Shown here one piece after another: positions 24,817-37,640 of a DNA stretch of 64,000 nucleotides. Position 1 is the first letter of the stretch; the number at the start of each line of letters is the position of its first letter. The DNA comes from Stegostoma tigrinum (lineage: Eukaryota): NCBI RefSeq assembly GCF_030684315.1, contig NC_081384.1:18700818-18764817 (forward strand), written 5' to 3'. The position numbers and the translations under genes are program-made. The notes beneath the pieces are model-generated. The model was given only the letters and a program-made list of their open reading frames with translations. It ran no database searches and was not told where the DNA came from.

Positions 24817-27187
24817 CTGAAAAGAGAGGCAAAGGTAATGCTGTAATACTGGTGACAATATACACGGTATGCACTTTAACATTGGAGTAAAGCAGCCCAT
24901 TGCACATAATGTGCAGATCCTTCCTGGAGATTTCTAATGTCCAAAGTGTTGAAAGAATTCTTCCACATGCTGTGGAATAAACTGCTGTATCGAACTAAGA
25001 CGCAGTTCAAAAACCAGGTTGGATGAATGTTGGATGTACTTAGCATGAACTCAGTTGTAGCCAGGAGATGTATGATTTTGAGTTGCTCAGTTGGACCCTA
25101 GCAAATTCTTTTTAAATTAAACACAAAGTAATTTGTAACATGATAGAATCTTGCTGATCTTTCAGCATCATATATCAACTTTACCTGCAGGAGATCTTCT
25201 CTCATTAGCAATTCAGCACACAGAATTTTCTTAATAATACCTAGAAGACCTTGAAAGTTTTGATATCTTTGCTAGCTAACAACAAATGTGTAAAGGTGGA
25301 GGTTTGTCCGACAGTTCATTCGATGACAATGTGATATCCAAAGTCCCCTCCGAGGGCTCAATTTTGAGTTCACTGAACTCCAGTTCTTTTGGATTGTAAA
25401 TGTTTATTCACTTTTAAATCCTTCAGTTTTCAGACTTTTTTTCATGTGATGGGAAAATTGGTGGCATGGCCAGCATTTACTGCCGATTCCTAATGCCTTA
25501 GGGAAGGTGGTGGTGAGCTATCTTGTTGAACTGCTGAATCCAACTAATGCAGGTCGAGCCCCAGTGTTGGGCTTTTCAGTAGAAGCTTGAGATAACCAAA
25601 TGTTATCTGAGCCATAACAGTGGGCAATCACTTTGCTGTGGGCCCAGAGTCACATATAGATTGGTCCAACAAAGAACAGGAAATTTCTGACGTGATTTAT
25701 GCAAAAGAAACAAAAGGAGTTTTAAAGACAAACCAATAATTTCATGATGCTTTTCTTACTTGCTGTTGAGATGTAGGTGTTGTTGGTTCAGTATTTATTT
25801 CTCATTGCATAGAGGGCAGTTAAGAGTTGACCACAATTACCACAGCTCTGGAGTTACTTGCAGGCAAAATGAGGATGACAGATTTTCCTCACTAAAAATT
25901 ATAAATAAATCAAATGGTATTTTACAGCCATCAACAGTGATTACATGGTCTCCATCAGACCAGCTTTTTAATTCCACAGCCAACATATTTTTCACCTACA
26001 TATGATCCCCATTATCAGCTTTTCTTCTTTACTGGCTGACCATTACCCAGCCCCTTGTCTGCCTAACTGCCTTTCACTATCTCTGGGCTCCGACTCCATC
26101 TATCTGCTCACTCCTTCCCAACTTTACACACCACCCCACCTTCAGCAAATATACTAATCTCATCCTAGTTCTGAAGAAAGGTCACTGAACACAAATACTA
26201 ACTCTGCCTTCTCTCCACAAATGCTGCCAGACCTGCTGAGTTTCTCCAGCAATTTCTGTTCTTACCACAGATTTTGAGCATCTGTAGTTCTTTGTGCCCA
26301 GGACATTAGACTGTGTCTCTGGAATACCAACACAATGACAGTACCACTATGCCATGCCTTTTTCAATACCAACATTATGAATTGGCCCTGGAGCAATACA
26401 TTGAGCTGGCAGCTTTCCGCTCTCTTAATGGGACAATGTGGCTGGATCTTCATCAGTTTTATTGAAGTGGTTCAGTAAGGTGATTCACCACCAGTTTCTC
26501 CAGGGCAATTAGGGTTAGACATTAAATGCTGACTGTAATGGTCACATCTCATAAAAACAAAAGTCTAAAGCTGAAAGAGTTATAAAGAAAATCAACCTCT
26601 ACATTGATAAATTGATTTGGAGTTAAAGCATTTGAACTCAAGACTGCAACATTGGTTCAGGACCGTAGACTTCTCATTCAGTAACAGTATACCCAGCTCC
26701 CATTCCAGTTAGTGTCAAGATTCAATTGGATGGGTACAGAATTCTTGAACTGAAGAACATGATGGAAAGCATTTCTCTCCCTCTTTCAACACAAACTGGA
26801 AATACATATCTCTAGACATGTGGCTATCCAGCAATAGGAAGCCTTCAGGAAAGAAAGAGAGAAAATTGGCCCATGCTTTCTTTTGTAAAGAAATAACTTC
26901 CTAATATTGTAAGAAGATTCTAAATGTAAGTCAGGCTAATCAATATTTAAAATAGACTGGAACAGGAAACATGATTTTAATGCATGATTTGTGATGATGG
27001 GTTTACTTATTTGACGTTACAGAGTGCAGAATATAATATTCACTGCAGGTCAAATTCCAAAATTTATTGATAAACATTAACCTTTGTCAGATTGTAAAAC
27101 TGCAAAGTGGTATTAATTGTACTAACTGTAGGCAGGACACCTGTTGTCAGGGCTCTAGGTTGTACCTAGAATCTGTATCTAGGTTCT

Positions 27188-27500
27188 AGGGTGGCATGGT
27201 GGCTCAGTGGTTAACAGTACTGCCTCACAGCACCAGCGACCTGGGTTTGATTCCAACCTGATTTGACCGCCTGTGTGGAGTTTGCATGTTCTCCCACTAT
27301 CTGCTTAGCCTTCCTCCAGGTGCTTTGGTTTATTCCTTGGTCTAAAGATGTGCAGATGACGTGTGTTGGCCATGCTAAAGATTGCCCCAGTGCTGCGCAG
27401 GTTGGGTGTGATAGCCATGGTTAACGTGGGGTTATGAATGGGATGATCTTTGGAGGTTTGATGTGAGCAAATGCCTTTTTCTGCAATATAAGGATTCCAT
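27188..27500 (+). mobile_element. HE1-like V-SINE (absent from copy B)
   Basis: gggtggcatggtggctcagtggttaac...tgtgtggagtttgcatgttctccc. Confidence 0.82.
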
Positions 27501-29403
27501 GTTTTAACCTTCATCCAGTGCATAGTTACTGAGCAGTGTCATAGTAGATGCTGGGACTGCAGGGCCCCAAATAAAGATGTCTTCTCTACAGTTATGTTCA
27601 ATGAAGCCTGATGCTGTTAACTCACAGGACTGTAGCTCTCAGATTGCGACACAACGGCAATGATGAGCGGGCCTACAGATCCAGAGTAAAAGCTTCAAGT
27701 GAAACACAGTGGCCAATAAACCATGACACCATCCCAGAGCTGGGGAAAGTACCCAAAGTGAAACTCAGCTGTGATAGAGCTTGTCTAGTCATAGACTTTG
27801 AGGGATACCTCGCCACTTAACTGCAGAATGGCAAAAACAACATTGAAGTTGAGGAAAGCACAGGAAAGGCTCAAGGCAGAATGCATTGTTCGCAACTGGT
27901 AGAAATCTGTCTGTTACAGGAAGAAAGGTATGACAGATATGAAAACGTTCACAGAGGTAAGGAAGAAATGAATTCTCAGAAAATATACCGATACCCAATG
28001 TGAGAAAGAACAGGATCCTTTTCAATCCACAAAAGAACTTCACAGTAGAAACCTGTCTGACTTGATTTTATAGAATTGTAACTGCAAAGAGACACCCAGT
28101 GGTAAAGCTGCAGCGGAAACCCAGAAGATTAAACACTGACCACAGCAGAGTATGGGAGTCTCTGCAAGATGGGAGATGCAAAGTCAGGATGTCACATTCT
28201 GTCTGAGGGTGTGACAAGTCCACAGTAAAACATCATTTCCTCTTGGTACAGACCCACAGAACCAATTTTAGCATACAGAGATTAAAAAAGGAGCTGTGAA
28301 ATTAGCTGTGAGTTAGGTACTGCAGTGAACACAATAATCCCTTGGATGATGTACCATTGCCGAAGTCCTGAACCCGAAGGTCATCTGTTGGAGCTTATCA
28401 AGTAGAATAATTAGAATAAGATGCCGTGGCGTGCTACACTTTGCTGTAATGGAAAAGAGATTATGGAGATGTTGTACATAATTCCTGATCCCTTTTATTC
28501 TTCATTAAATGTAACTTTTTATCTAACTTTGGACATCCTTCAGTTAGTGGACAATGTAGACACGTCAGTCTTTCTATTGAGATCACACTCAATAGTTTTC
28601 AACCTGAAGTCCATCAATTTTCTCACTTCTTAGAATTGTCAATTCTGACCACTGCATCCACCGCCACCAAACCCCATCATGCACCCCATTATCCGTACCC
28701 CCACCCCCCTTGGCAGGTGGTGACGTTTGTAATTCAATTTTAAAATATCTTGAATTGAGAGTCTAATGATAATGACAAAACCATTGTCAATTGGCAGGAC
28801 TAACCCATTGAGCCCTTTGGGGAAGGAAATTGCCTTCCTTCCCTGCTCTGGCCTACATGTGACTCCAGACCCACAGCAATGTGGTTGACCCTTAAGTGCC
28901 CTCTGGGCAATAAATGTTGTCCTGGCCAGTGACACTCATATTCCATGAATGAGTAAGGCCTGAGGCCTCAATCCCAACCCCAAAGACTGGACTTCCCTGT
29001 TTCAGAGGGGGTTAGATTCAGTTCTACAGTAAGTAATGAATGCAACAACTGAAGGGTAAAGACAGCTGAGACAGAAATGTATTGGCCACTTCTCACATTG
29101 TTGAGACCCATATTTGACATTACCGATTAAAACCAGTTGAGTTCTGATCATATTTGCTCGCGTGTTACAGCCAGCTTTATCTTACATATATTTATCAATC
29201 AAAGTTGTTAAAACTATTGAGGAACAATTCAACCAGCCAAATTGTTTTAAGCATCAATTATGTGATGTTTTTGAATGTTGAAATGTCATAGTTCAGCCAC
29301 AATTGTGGCACAAACTTACTTTTGTTAAAGCTCTGTACTCTGTGTTATAAACTCGCATGTGCTTGAGCATATGGAAGATGAGAATCAAAGTTAAATGACA
29401 TAC

Positions 29404-29575
29404 CTTGCTTGAGGATTTTGTTCCTGGCACCTCTGTTCAGTACCAAATGTTGAGGAGGTTTTCTGACATCAGCAGCAAAAGGGTTTGCACTTGCACTGAG
29501 AAACAAATAGACTGAAATAACCAGAAGAAAAAGAAAGATGAGAAACAGAAAGAGCAACATACTGATGGAAACCAT
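29404..29575 (-). CDS. RETSAT: RETSAT-like all-trans-retinol 13,14-reductase, coding exon 1 (172 bp)
   Basis: ATG at 29575. Encodes a hydrophobic signal/anchor MVSISMLLFLFLIFLFLLVISVYLF followed by SANPFAADVRKPPQHLVLNRGARNKILKQG, typical of the RETSAT N-terminus. Donor AAG CAA G|gtatgt, phase 1. Confidence 0.93.
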
Positions 29576-29589
29576 TATTGACAGCAGTG

Positions 29590-29680
29590 CAGCACGGAGT
29601 CAAAGTCAAACAAAAATCATGAGTAAGGGCCAGACAAAAGGAGATAAGGACAGAGAGTAAAAGCAGAGTCTCACGCACAT
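29590..29680 (-). promoter_or_regulatory. Putative RETSAT-like proximal promoter/5'UTR
   Basis: Immediately 5' of the ATG. Contains GAGTCAAAGTCA (nuclear receptor DR1/HNF4-like), GTCAAACA (forkhead-like), TGAGTAA (AP-1-like) and AGATAAG (GATA). Almost unchanged in the duplicate at ~54077-54165. Function is inferred. Confidence 0.4.
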
Positions 29681-30669
29681 TTTTTTTTTACAATCTGCAA
29701 ATGAAAATTCTAAACAAAGAAATCTTCTTAGATCGTTTTAATGCCATTCCTTCTTTGCCAAAGGCTATAACATCTACACATGACTTGAAAACAACTGCCG
29801 TTTTTGGAGCAAATTATTTGCATTATTGTCAACAATTCAAATAAACCAGGACTCAAATGCTGTGACTTTTATTTTAGACAGGAGTTGTTGGTAATGATTC
29901 TGCTGCTATTCCACAGCCTTTATATTCATTTTTTGTTTCTTTACTGTCCCACAACTGTCATACAATCTCTCTTACCTTCAGTCTGAAGACCTTCCCGAAT
30001 GTTCTTTTCTTGTTGTCCACTTTCAGTGCCTTTGTACTTGCTTAGATCTATCTTCAACTTTTCTTACTCCCAGTGAAAGGTCAATGACATTTACAACCCC
30101 ACAGATCTTACCTAGTCTGCTGAGTGTTTCAGCATCTCCCACTTTAATGTCAATGACATATGTGACTCCAGTTCCGTAATCGTTGTAATGGAGTGTGATT
30201 TGATGGTCCTGCTGTTCATTGCATCTCCCTTCTGGAGTCCTTCAATAGCACTGGTGCTGGGGCTAACTGTGAAAAGCTGATCTGCAAAGACAACATTGAA
30301 CTGCACTTTCCAGGTGGAGGATTCAGTTTTAATTTGTTTTGTATTGTCATTAAAGGGGTAGTAACAGTCTCAAACCGAGGCCAGGAATTAGTTTTACTGC
30401 CCTTTAACTTTGGCAGCCAAACCCATTGTGTGAAGAGCCTGCTGATGTGGCAGCTGTGATCTGTTGCTACAATATGATGCAATGTGTTATTCTTTAACTG
30501 GAAGTAATTGTTTTCATAAATGGTTTTCCTTATGAACATATCGCTTTAGCTCTTGCAATCTGTCGTCAGCACAGAGGTGGGCTTTTTATCCATTTACAGA
30601 GGGTATTTGTACCTAATAAAGTGATGTCTGTGTTAGGTCTCATGACATAGAGCCTAAGTCTTCTTCCCA

Positions 30670-30980
30670 GGATGAGGAGAGTTCCAAACCGAGAGGGCAT
30701 GGGTTTAAGGTGAACGAGCAATGGTTTAAAAAGGACCTGAGGGCTATCTTTTTCATGCTGAGTGTGGAGTGTCGATGAAACAAGCTGCCAGAGGAAGTGT
30801 TGGAGGTGGGTACAATTGCAACATTTAAAAGGCATCTGGAAGTGTATATGAATTGTAAGGATTTAGAAGGATTATAGGCCAAATACTGCCAAATGGGATG
30901 AGGTGAGATTGGGATGTCTGGTTGATGCAGATGTCTTCGACTGAAGCATGTGGCTCCGTATCATTTGTCTCTATGACTCG
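30670..30980 (+). mobile_element. CR1/HER1 3' end fragment (duplicated at ~55150-55460)
   Basis: aagctgccagaggaagtg...acatttaaaaggcatctgga and a ctctatgactc tail. Confidence 0.8.
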
Positions 30981-32136
30981 AATGAAATAGCTTCAACCTA
31001 GGACTGAAGGATTCAGTGGATTTTTATTGCAAAACCTGGTATCTACTGCGTCCAGGGTCAAGTTGAGGAATCCAAATGTAAATTGTTGCACAGACCCCTC
31101 AGTGTGTCATGCTGCAAGAGCACTCAGTGAGACGGAGGCTGAGGCCTTCATACCATCAGGTAACATCTTGTGATATAGTGATGATATCATGACCATGTAC
31201 GTTAAAGGTATTTTGCATACAAGTTGAGACAGAACACAATATTGCCTTTGGCTACCCGAAATTCCAACTTGTTTAAGGAAATTGGGTCTTTTAACGTGGA
31301 ACTCATGCTCAACTATGTAAAGAGGGCTCTGATTGTGCTCCTTGGTGCTCGGGTGGCTCAGCCACACCCCCTCACACCCTGCTTCCTGTCACAATTCAAT
31401 TCCATTCTGCCAGTTTCTCCAACTGCATCACTTCTGCTCTGATTATACCACATTCCACTGAGCAGCCCTTGACAATGTTTTTCCGCAATCAAGGATTTAC
31501 TCCATTGTGATTGACAGGGCTTTCAGATGGATCTGACTTATCTCCCCCATTTCTGCCCCACATTCCTTCCTCTTCCTTTCAAACTGATACTAAATTTAAT
31601 GCAGAGAAATATGAAGTGCTAGATTTTAGCTGGAGGAATGAGAAAAGGTGAAATACAGCACTGAAAACCAACAACAGCTCAGCTACGTCCCTGTCTGGGA
31701 AGGCTCGTTTCACCTCTTTTGGAACTCTCCACTATCCTAGATGTCAGTCTATGCCGGAGGCAATGAATGCTATAAAGGGCTGTGAGCTCCAGCATAATTG
31801 CTAAAATAAGGAAGACTTGTGCGCCAGTACTCCAGATGCACCCCTGGACAACATATTCCAATTCAGCTACAACACTGGCGTCTACCCAACATCATGGAGA
31901 ATTGTCCAGATACTTCCTGTACAGAAAAAAAGTGAGACAAATACAACCTGATTAATTGCTGCCTCACACCCTTCTGGTCTTATGCATCATTAAAGTGGTG
32001 GAAGGGATCAACAAGAACTTTAAGGCAGCTCTTTCTTAGCAATGACCTGCTTCGTGACACTCCCTTTAGACTCTTTCACTCAGCTACGGACATTTTTTTT
32101 ATAGAGTTGGTTCAAACATGAACAAAGGAGTTGAAC

Positions 32137-32230
32137 AAAAACGAAGTTGATGGAAAAGCCCAGCAGGCCTGGCAGTATCAGCGAAGCAAGAAACAGAATT
32201 AACATTTCGGGTCCGACGACCCTTCCTCAG
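32137..32230 (-). mobile_element. 94-bp Penelope-terminus-derived insertion with hammerhead core
   Basis: 13-bp TSD aaaggagttgaac at 32124-32136 and 32231-32243. Minus strand begins CTGAGGA-A-GGGTC-GTCG-GACCC-GAAATGTT. Paralogue at ~56608-56702. Confidence 0.75.
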
Positions 32231-33719
32231 AAAGGAGTTGAACCTCCAGGGGTGATGTGGATGTGACTGCCCTTCACATCATGCCACTTTTAACCAAGTG
32301 TGGCAGGGACCTATCAAATTGACAATCAATAGGATTCAGAACTCTGCTGCCATGAAATTGTGAGAACTAAATCCCAACCAATGGTTCAGAGGTGCTGGGC
32401 TTCGTCGGGTGCACCGAGGGTCATGGTGTACGTGTGTGTATTTTTCGCTGATTTGTGGATGCGCAGCTCAAAGGTTATGCTGGTGTTCAGGACCCAATCC
32501 AGTCCACAGCATCTCGCCCCCATGCCAGCAAACTCACCACATGCTGAGCAGAAGATTTAGCTCTTGACTTTCTCAACAGAAGCATTAGGTATCCATTGGT
32601 CAGCTTCCTGAGCAGATGTGGGGATAACAACGTACGACTATCCCAGACCTGATAAGTGGAATGCTAGCCACCTGCCAACTGATACGACAGCTCATGTTGT
32701 GGTTCCATGGTCAGTATACTATGGGAGCATGCAGGAAAACAAGGGCACCGTAAGGTCGGCACCAAGTGAAAGCGCAACATTAAGTAATTTGTCTTTGCTT
32801 ATACAATTGGATGTGTTCAATAATGAATTAAGTGCAATTTCTTGCAGGATTCACACCACGAGGAGTACATGACATAACTTTACAAATAAATAGGTAAGTG
32901 ATGTATATTGGAGAAGTAATGTAAAAAGATGATGCTCAATAGAGCTCGAGTCTTCGCAAGCACTGACTCTCAATGTCTCTCTCTCCCCTCTTCTTTCTTT
33001 CCATGCAGGGCTCTCCTCATCACAGCCCCTGCTATACTTCCGAGTCTTACAGACCTCGATGCACGGCAACCGAAGGCCTGATACTTCCTGAGGCCTTTGT
33101 GCGCAGCAAGTGACCAAAACATCTGTCCTCACTCAAGATGTCGTAACAGTTACAGCTGAGACCAAAAATACTCCAAAATACACCAAAACCACTCCATACA
33201 AACTGGAGTAGAAGTTAGTCTATGATGACCTAGGAACATAGGAACATAAATAGGCCATTCAAACCGAAACTTACCTGTGTCTGGGGGCTAGTTAATGGAG
33301 TGAGGATAGAGTTCTGCCCTCTTGCAGCTGAAGCCATGTTCCGAAGCTGAACAATCGCTGAAAGTAGTGAAGGGACCTGTGTGTCCCCTGTTGGGACTAC
33401 ATGTCAAATTAACAGGCCAGATAGAACATAGGGCAGTACAGCACAGGAACAGGCCTTTCGGGCCATGACGTTGTGTTGAACATGATGCCAAATGAAACTA
33501 ATCCCCTCTGCCTGTCCTTGGTCACTATCCCTCCGCTCATGTGCTCATACCGAAGTCTCTTAAATGCCCCTATTGTATCTGAAAGCCTACGGGAACTGGT
33601 TTTCCCCGGCAGTCTCCCATCCATGTAGTACCCAGGCCTGAGTCTGCTTCACCTCCCAGGTCAGATGAGATTGGACATTTTCGGACTAATTGGCATGGGC
33701 AGATGGCTTTTCTCCCCGA

Positions 33720-33990
33720 AATCATAGAATCTCTACAGTATGGAAGCTGGCCATTCAGCCCCTCTAATCCACACTGACCTTCTGAAGTCCGTCCTGCCCA
33801 GAACTAGCTACTCTACCTTCCTTCTACAATCCTGCATTTCCCCGTGGCCAATTCAGCTACTTTGCACATCTTTGGACTTTGGGAGCAAACTGGAGCATCT
33901 GGAGGAAACCCGCACAGACACAGTGAGAATGGATAAACTCCACAAAAACAGTTGTCCGAGGGTGGAATCAAACCGGTGTCCCTGGCATGG
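33720..33990 (-). mobile_element. HE1-like V-SINE (duplicated at ~58200-58470)
   Basis: Reverse V-domain tttgggagcaaactggagcatctggaggaaacccgcacagacac. Confidence 0.78.
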
Positions 33991-36900
33991 TGTTTGATAT
34001 TATAACACCCATGAAGCATTCAACATGTTGCACTCAGCTTGGAATACAGCACAAGTGACACTGGGAAGTATGAGGTATGGAGGTCCATTGATTCCTGTAG
34101 TATTGGCTCCACTGGCAAAACTGAATAGAATCTCTAACCCAATGTGTTTCTCAGAAGCAAAAATTCTTAAATCACACTATAAATAAATTGAAAGAAATCA
34201 GCAGAATGTTATAAATCAATGCTGGAGAAATTATACATTTGAACAAAATGATTGGCATATTTAAATGATTTTTTTTAAACAAGCCATTTGCAGGAATGAT
34301 TTCCACAGCAGTTGTTGCTGGTATTTCAAAAGCGCAATTAATAAGACAAAATACATGGAATTCAGAAGGTTTTTCTCCACACAGAGACTGGTAAGAGTGA
34401 AACTTGCACCACTGCTGGGAATGGCTGATCCAATACACATGTACTTAAGAGAAACAAAGATACGTATGTGAGTGAGATGGGAATAAAATGTTACACTGGT
34501 GAATTTAATGAGAAAATTCATTTGAATATACAGCACAGAAACTGGCCTATGGAACCCAATCTAATCTTCTCTTTCATTGTTAGATGATCCCTGAAATTTT
34601 GTTTGATCCTTCAAATAAATCAAATATCAACAACTGTGTTTCAGTATTGAGAAGTCCTGACAGACAGATTACTTCACATTTTATTACCTCAGTTCATGGT
34701 GTGATTTGTGCATTGACAACTCCCATGCATTCAACTCATTGTTAACTGTTACCTATTTGCCAGCCAGCAAAAGCCAAATAAACTTATATACTGTATATTT
34801 GCAAGAAATATCAATAATTGTCAGAAATAACTTCAAATCTTCATTGGCTTTTTAACACGCGCTTTTTCTGTACTTTTCTTATTTTGTAGAGATTTACAAA
34901 GTAAAAGACAAGTGAATCTTAATTTTCTATGCCAGATATCTGACTGGGTTCTTTAAATATCTATTGTCTTTGAATAATTTCACTGTCATTTCTTATTCCA
35001 AGTTATGACAGTTAGGTTTGATTCAGTTGGTAACGCATTTGTCTCTGAGTTGAAATCTCATGGCGTCAAATGTCAATCATCAGAGTTTTGAGCACACGAT
35101 CAAGGCAAGATTCATGGATGGTGCACTGGTGGAACTGGAGGAGGTATAAATAAATCTTTATACCAAGGTACATACACTCCTCATGTGTAACATTATTGAA
35201 AGAACCTGAGCGCTCTCAGATTGCTAACTAACATTATTTTCTCAGGAAACATTGCTGGATTTATTGTTGGTTGAAGTCTATGCAATGCAAATTAGCTACT
35301 ACGTTTAACTAAATAAATATAGAACATACTAAACTCAGTCTGCAGGCTTTGATGATAAAACATAACACTGAATTAAACTCTGGGCTCCTTTTCCATCATA
35401 ACTGGATGGTGGGTGCTAATTGCAGGTTTTATTCTCCACTAGATATTAAATTATTTGCCCTAATTTGTATATGCATGGTCTAGAGTGAAGGTGCTCCAAT
35501 ATGAAATCACCAGGAAACATTCTAATCAGCGACTGGCTGTTTCAAAGGTCGCTGTAGCATTTTGCATTCACAGAAATTTGCATGAGTACATCGCGGGCTG
35601 GAATAAAGCTTATCAAGTGCTCCCAAGTTTGGTTGAAAGCCAGTGTTGTTTCTCCCAGCTCAACAGGCATGTGCCATTGTAGGCATCAGCATGAGGATTT
35701 GTGGAAGCGGAACGTTCAGCTTGGCCCTGATGTTGGATAATGCCTGAACTGAGAAGCAATCCTGATGCACCACCCACTACTGTTTGGTTCTCTTCTTGGC
35801 TGCCCCCCTGTTGTAGGTTGATGTCTACTCAGGGTTAAATGTTTCAGCCATGGCTCTTCATTCAACTGAACGTACTAATTTTTGACCTTCAGATCATTGC
35901 GTACTTGATGCATGATGTTCTTCCATCAACTTTGGCCGGAATGGGAATGGGGCTTGTTGATGGCGTGGGACAGGGAGGGGAATGGGACACATTGAGAAAA
36001 ACAGCTTTCTCTATCATTGCCACTCAGCTGTTTGGGGGAATACAAGCAAATTGGTTCCTGCATTTCTCTGATTATGACAGCGACCAAATTTCAAAACTCC
36101 TTCTTTGGGTGTAAAGTGCTTTGAGATAGCTGAGCTTGGGAAATGAGCCATGTAAAAGCACGTCCTTCTTGAGTCTGAAAGTGACAAGGATCTTGCTGCT
36201 GTTAATGAGATTTATATCAGAGCATAAGAACCAAGAGCAGGAGTGGGCAACTCACACCCTCAAGCATACTCCTCCATTCAATATGATCAAGGCTGAATTC
36301 ACCTCGGCCTCAACTCCACTTCCCTGCCTGGTCGCCAGATTTCTTCAAACTGGCGCTAATTAAATTTATCTATTTCCTCCTTTATATTTACTCAATGTCC
36401 TTGCAGCCACCATACTCTCTCGGGTACTGAATTCCATAGATTCACAAACCTTTGAGAGAAGCAATTCTTCCACATCTCTGTTTTAAATCTGCTACCCGTT
36501 ATCCTAAAACAATGAACTATTTGTTGTCTATGAAAGGCCAAAAATATCATTTCTACTTAATAGTTAAACCCTAATATTTTGCCGTATTCTGGTATTTTTG
36601 ATTGAAACAGGTCAGGTCTGTTGTTGCTTATGGTAACTGACAGAGTGTATTTGCACAGCGAACATCAGGTGCCGCTATGTTGCATCATCAGCTCAAAATG
36701 AGAGATTTCTTTCTAATTGGCATTTATCCACTAGACTGCTTGAAGATTTCCAAATCAACTTGTTCAAAAATACTAGTATATGCTCCTGAAGCAGGTGGGA
36801 TTTGAACTCCTGGCCCAGAGGTAGGGACACTACCTGAATCCAGCTGCAATCAGAGACACTTTACAATTATTTTCTAACCTATCTATTCAGTGATGCTATT

Positions 36901-37139
36901 GCATCTGGAGATGATGTGACTTGAACCCTGGATTTCTCATCCAGAAAAGAAGGCGTGTCACTGAACTTGAAACGTGAACTCTGTTTTCTCTCCACAGGTG
37001 CCGCCAGACCTTCAGAGTTCCTGTTACTGAATTAATATTGCAAGTTGCTTTACAATCAATTGTCATGAATTTATAATTGATGTACTTACATGTAAAATAC
37101 ATTTGGCCTCTTATCGGAAACATCTTATTAAATTGGAGA

Positions 37140-37640
37140 GGTTTGAGAAAAAATTTACCAAGATCTTGTCAGCACTAGAGGTTTTGATTTCCAGAGAGGA
37201 ACTGGATAAGTTGGGATGTTTTTCCCTGGAGAAAAGGATGTTGGTACTATATAAAGGTTTATAAAATCATGAAGGGCCTGGATATGATGAATAGCCAAGG
37301 ACTTTTCCCTTTGGTGATGATGGGGGCGGGTGGGAGCTGAGGTAGGTTGGTGCTTCAAAATGAGAGGGCATATTCTTAACGTGTGAGGAGAAGGATTGCA
37401 AAGGGACATTGAGAGGTAGCTTCTTCAAACAGAAGGTGGTTCGTATGTGGAAAAGCAGAGGAAGTGGTCGATGCGGGGACAATTCCAACATTTAAAAGAC
37501 ATTTGAACAGGTACATGAACAGGGAAGGTTTAGAGGGACATGAAGCAAACTTGGGTAAGTGAGACTAGTTTAGTTTGGTCAGCGTGGATCAGTTGGACTG
37601 AAGGGTCTGTTTCTGTGCTGAATGACTCGGTGACTCTGTA
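37140..37640 (+). mobile_element. CR1/HER1 3' fragment (duplicated at ~61630-62100)
   Basis: ttcttcaaacagaaggtggttcgtatgtggaa...aatgactcggtgactct. Confidence 0.75.
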
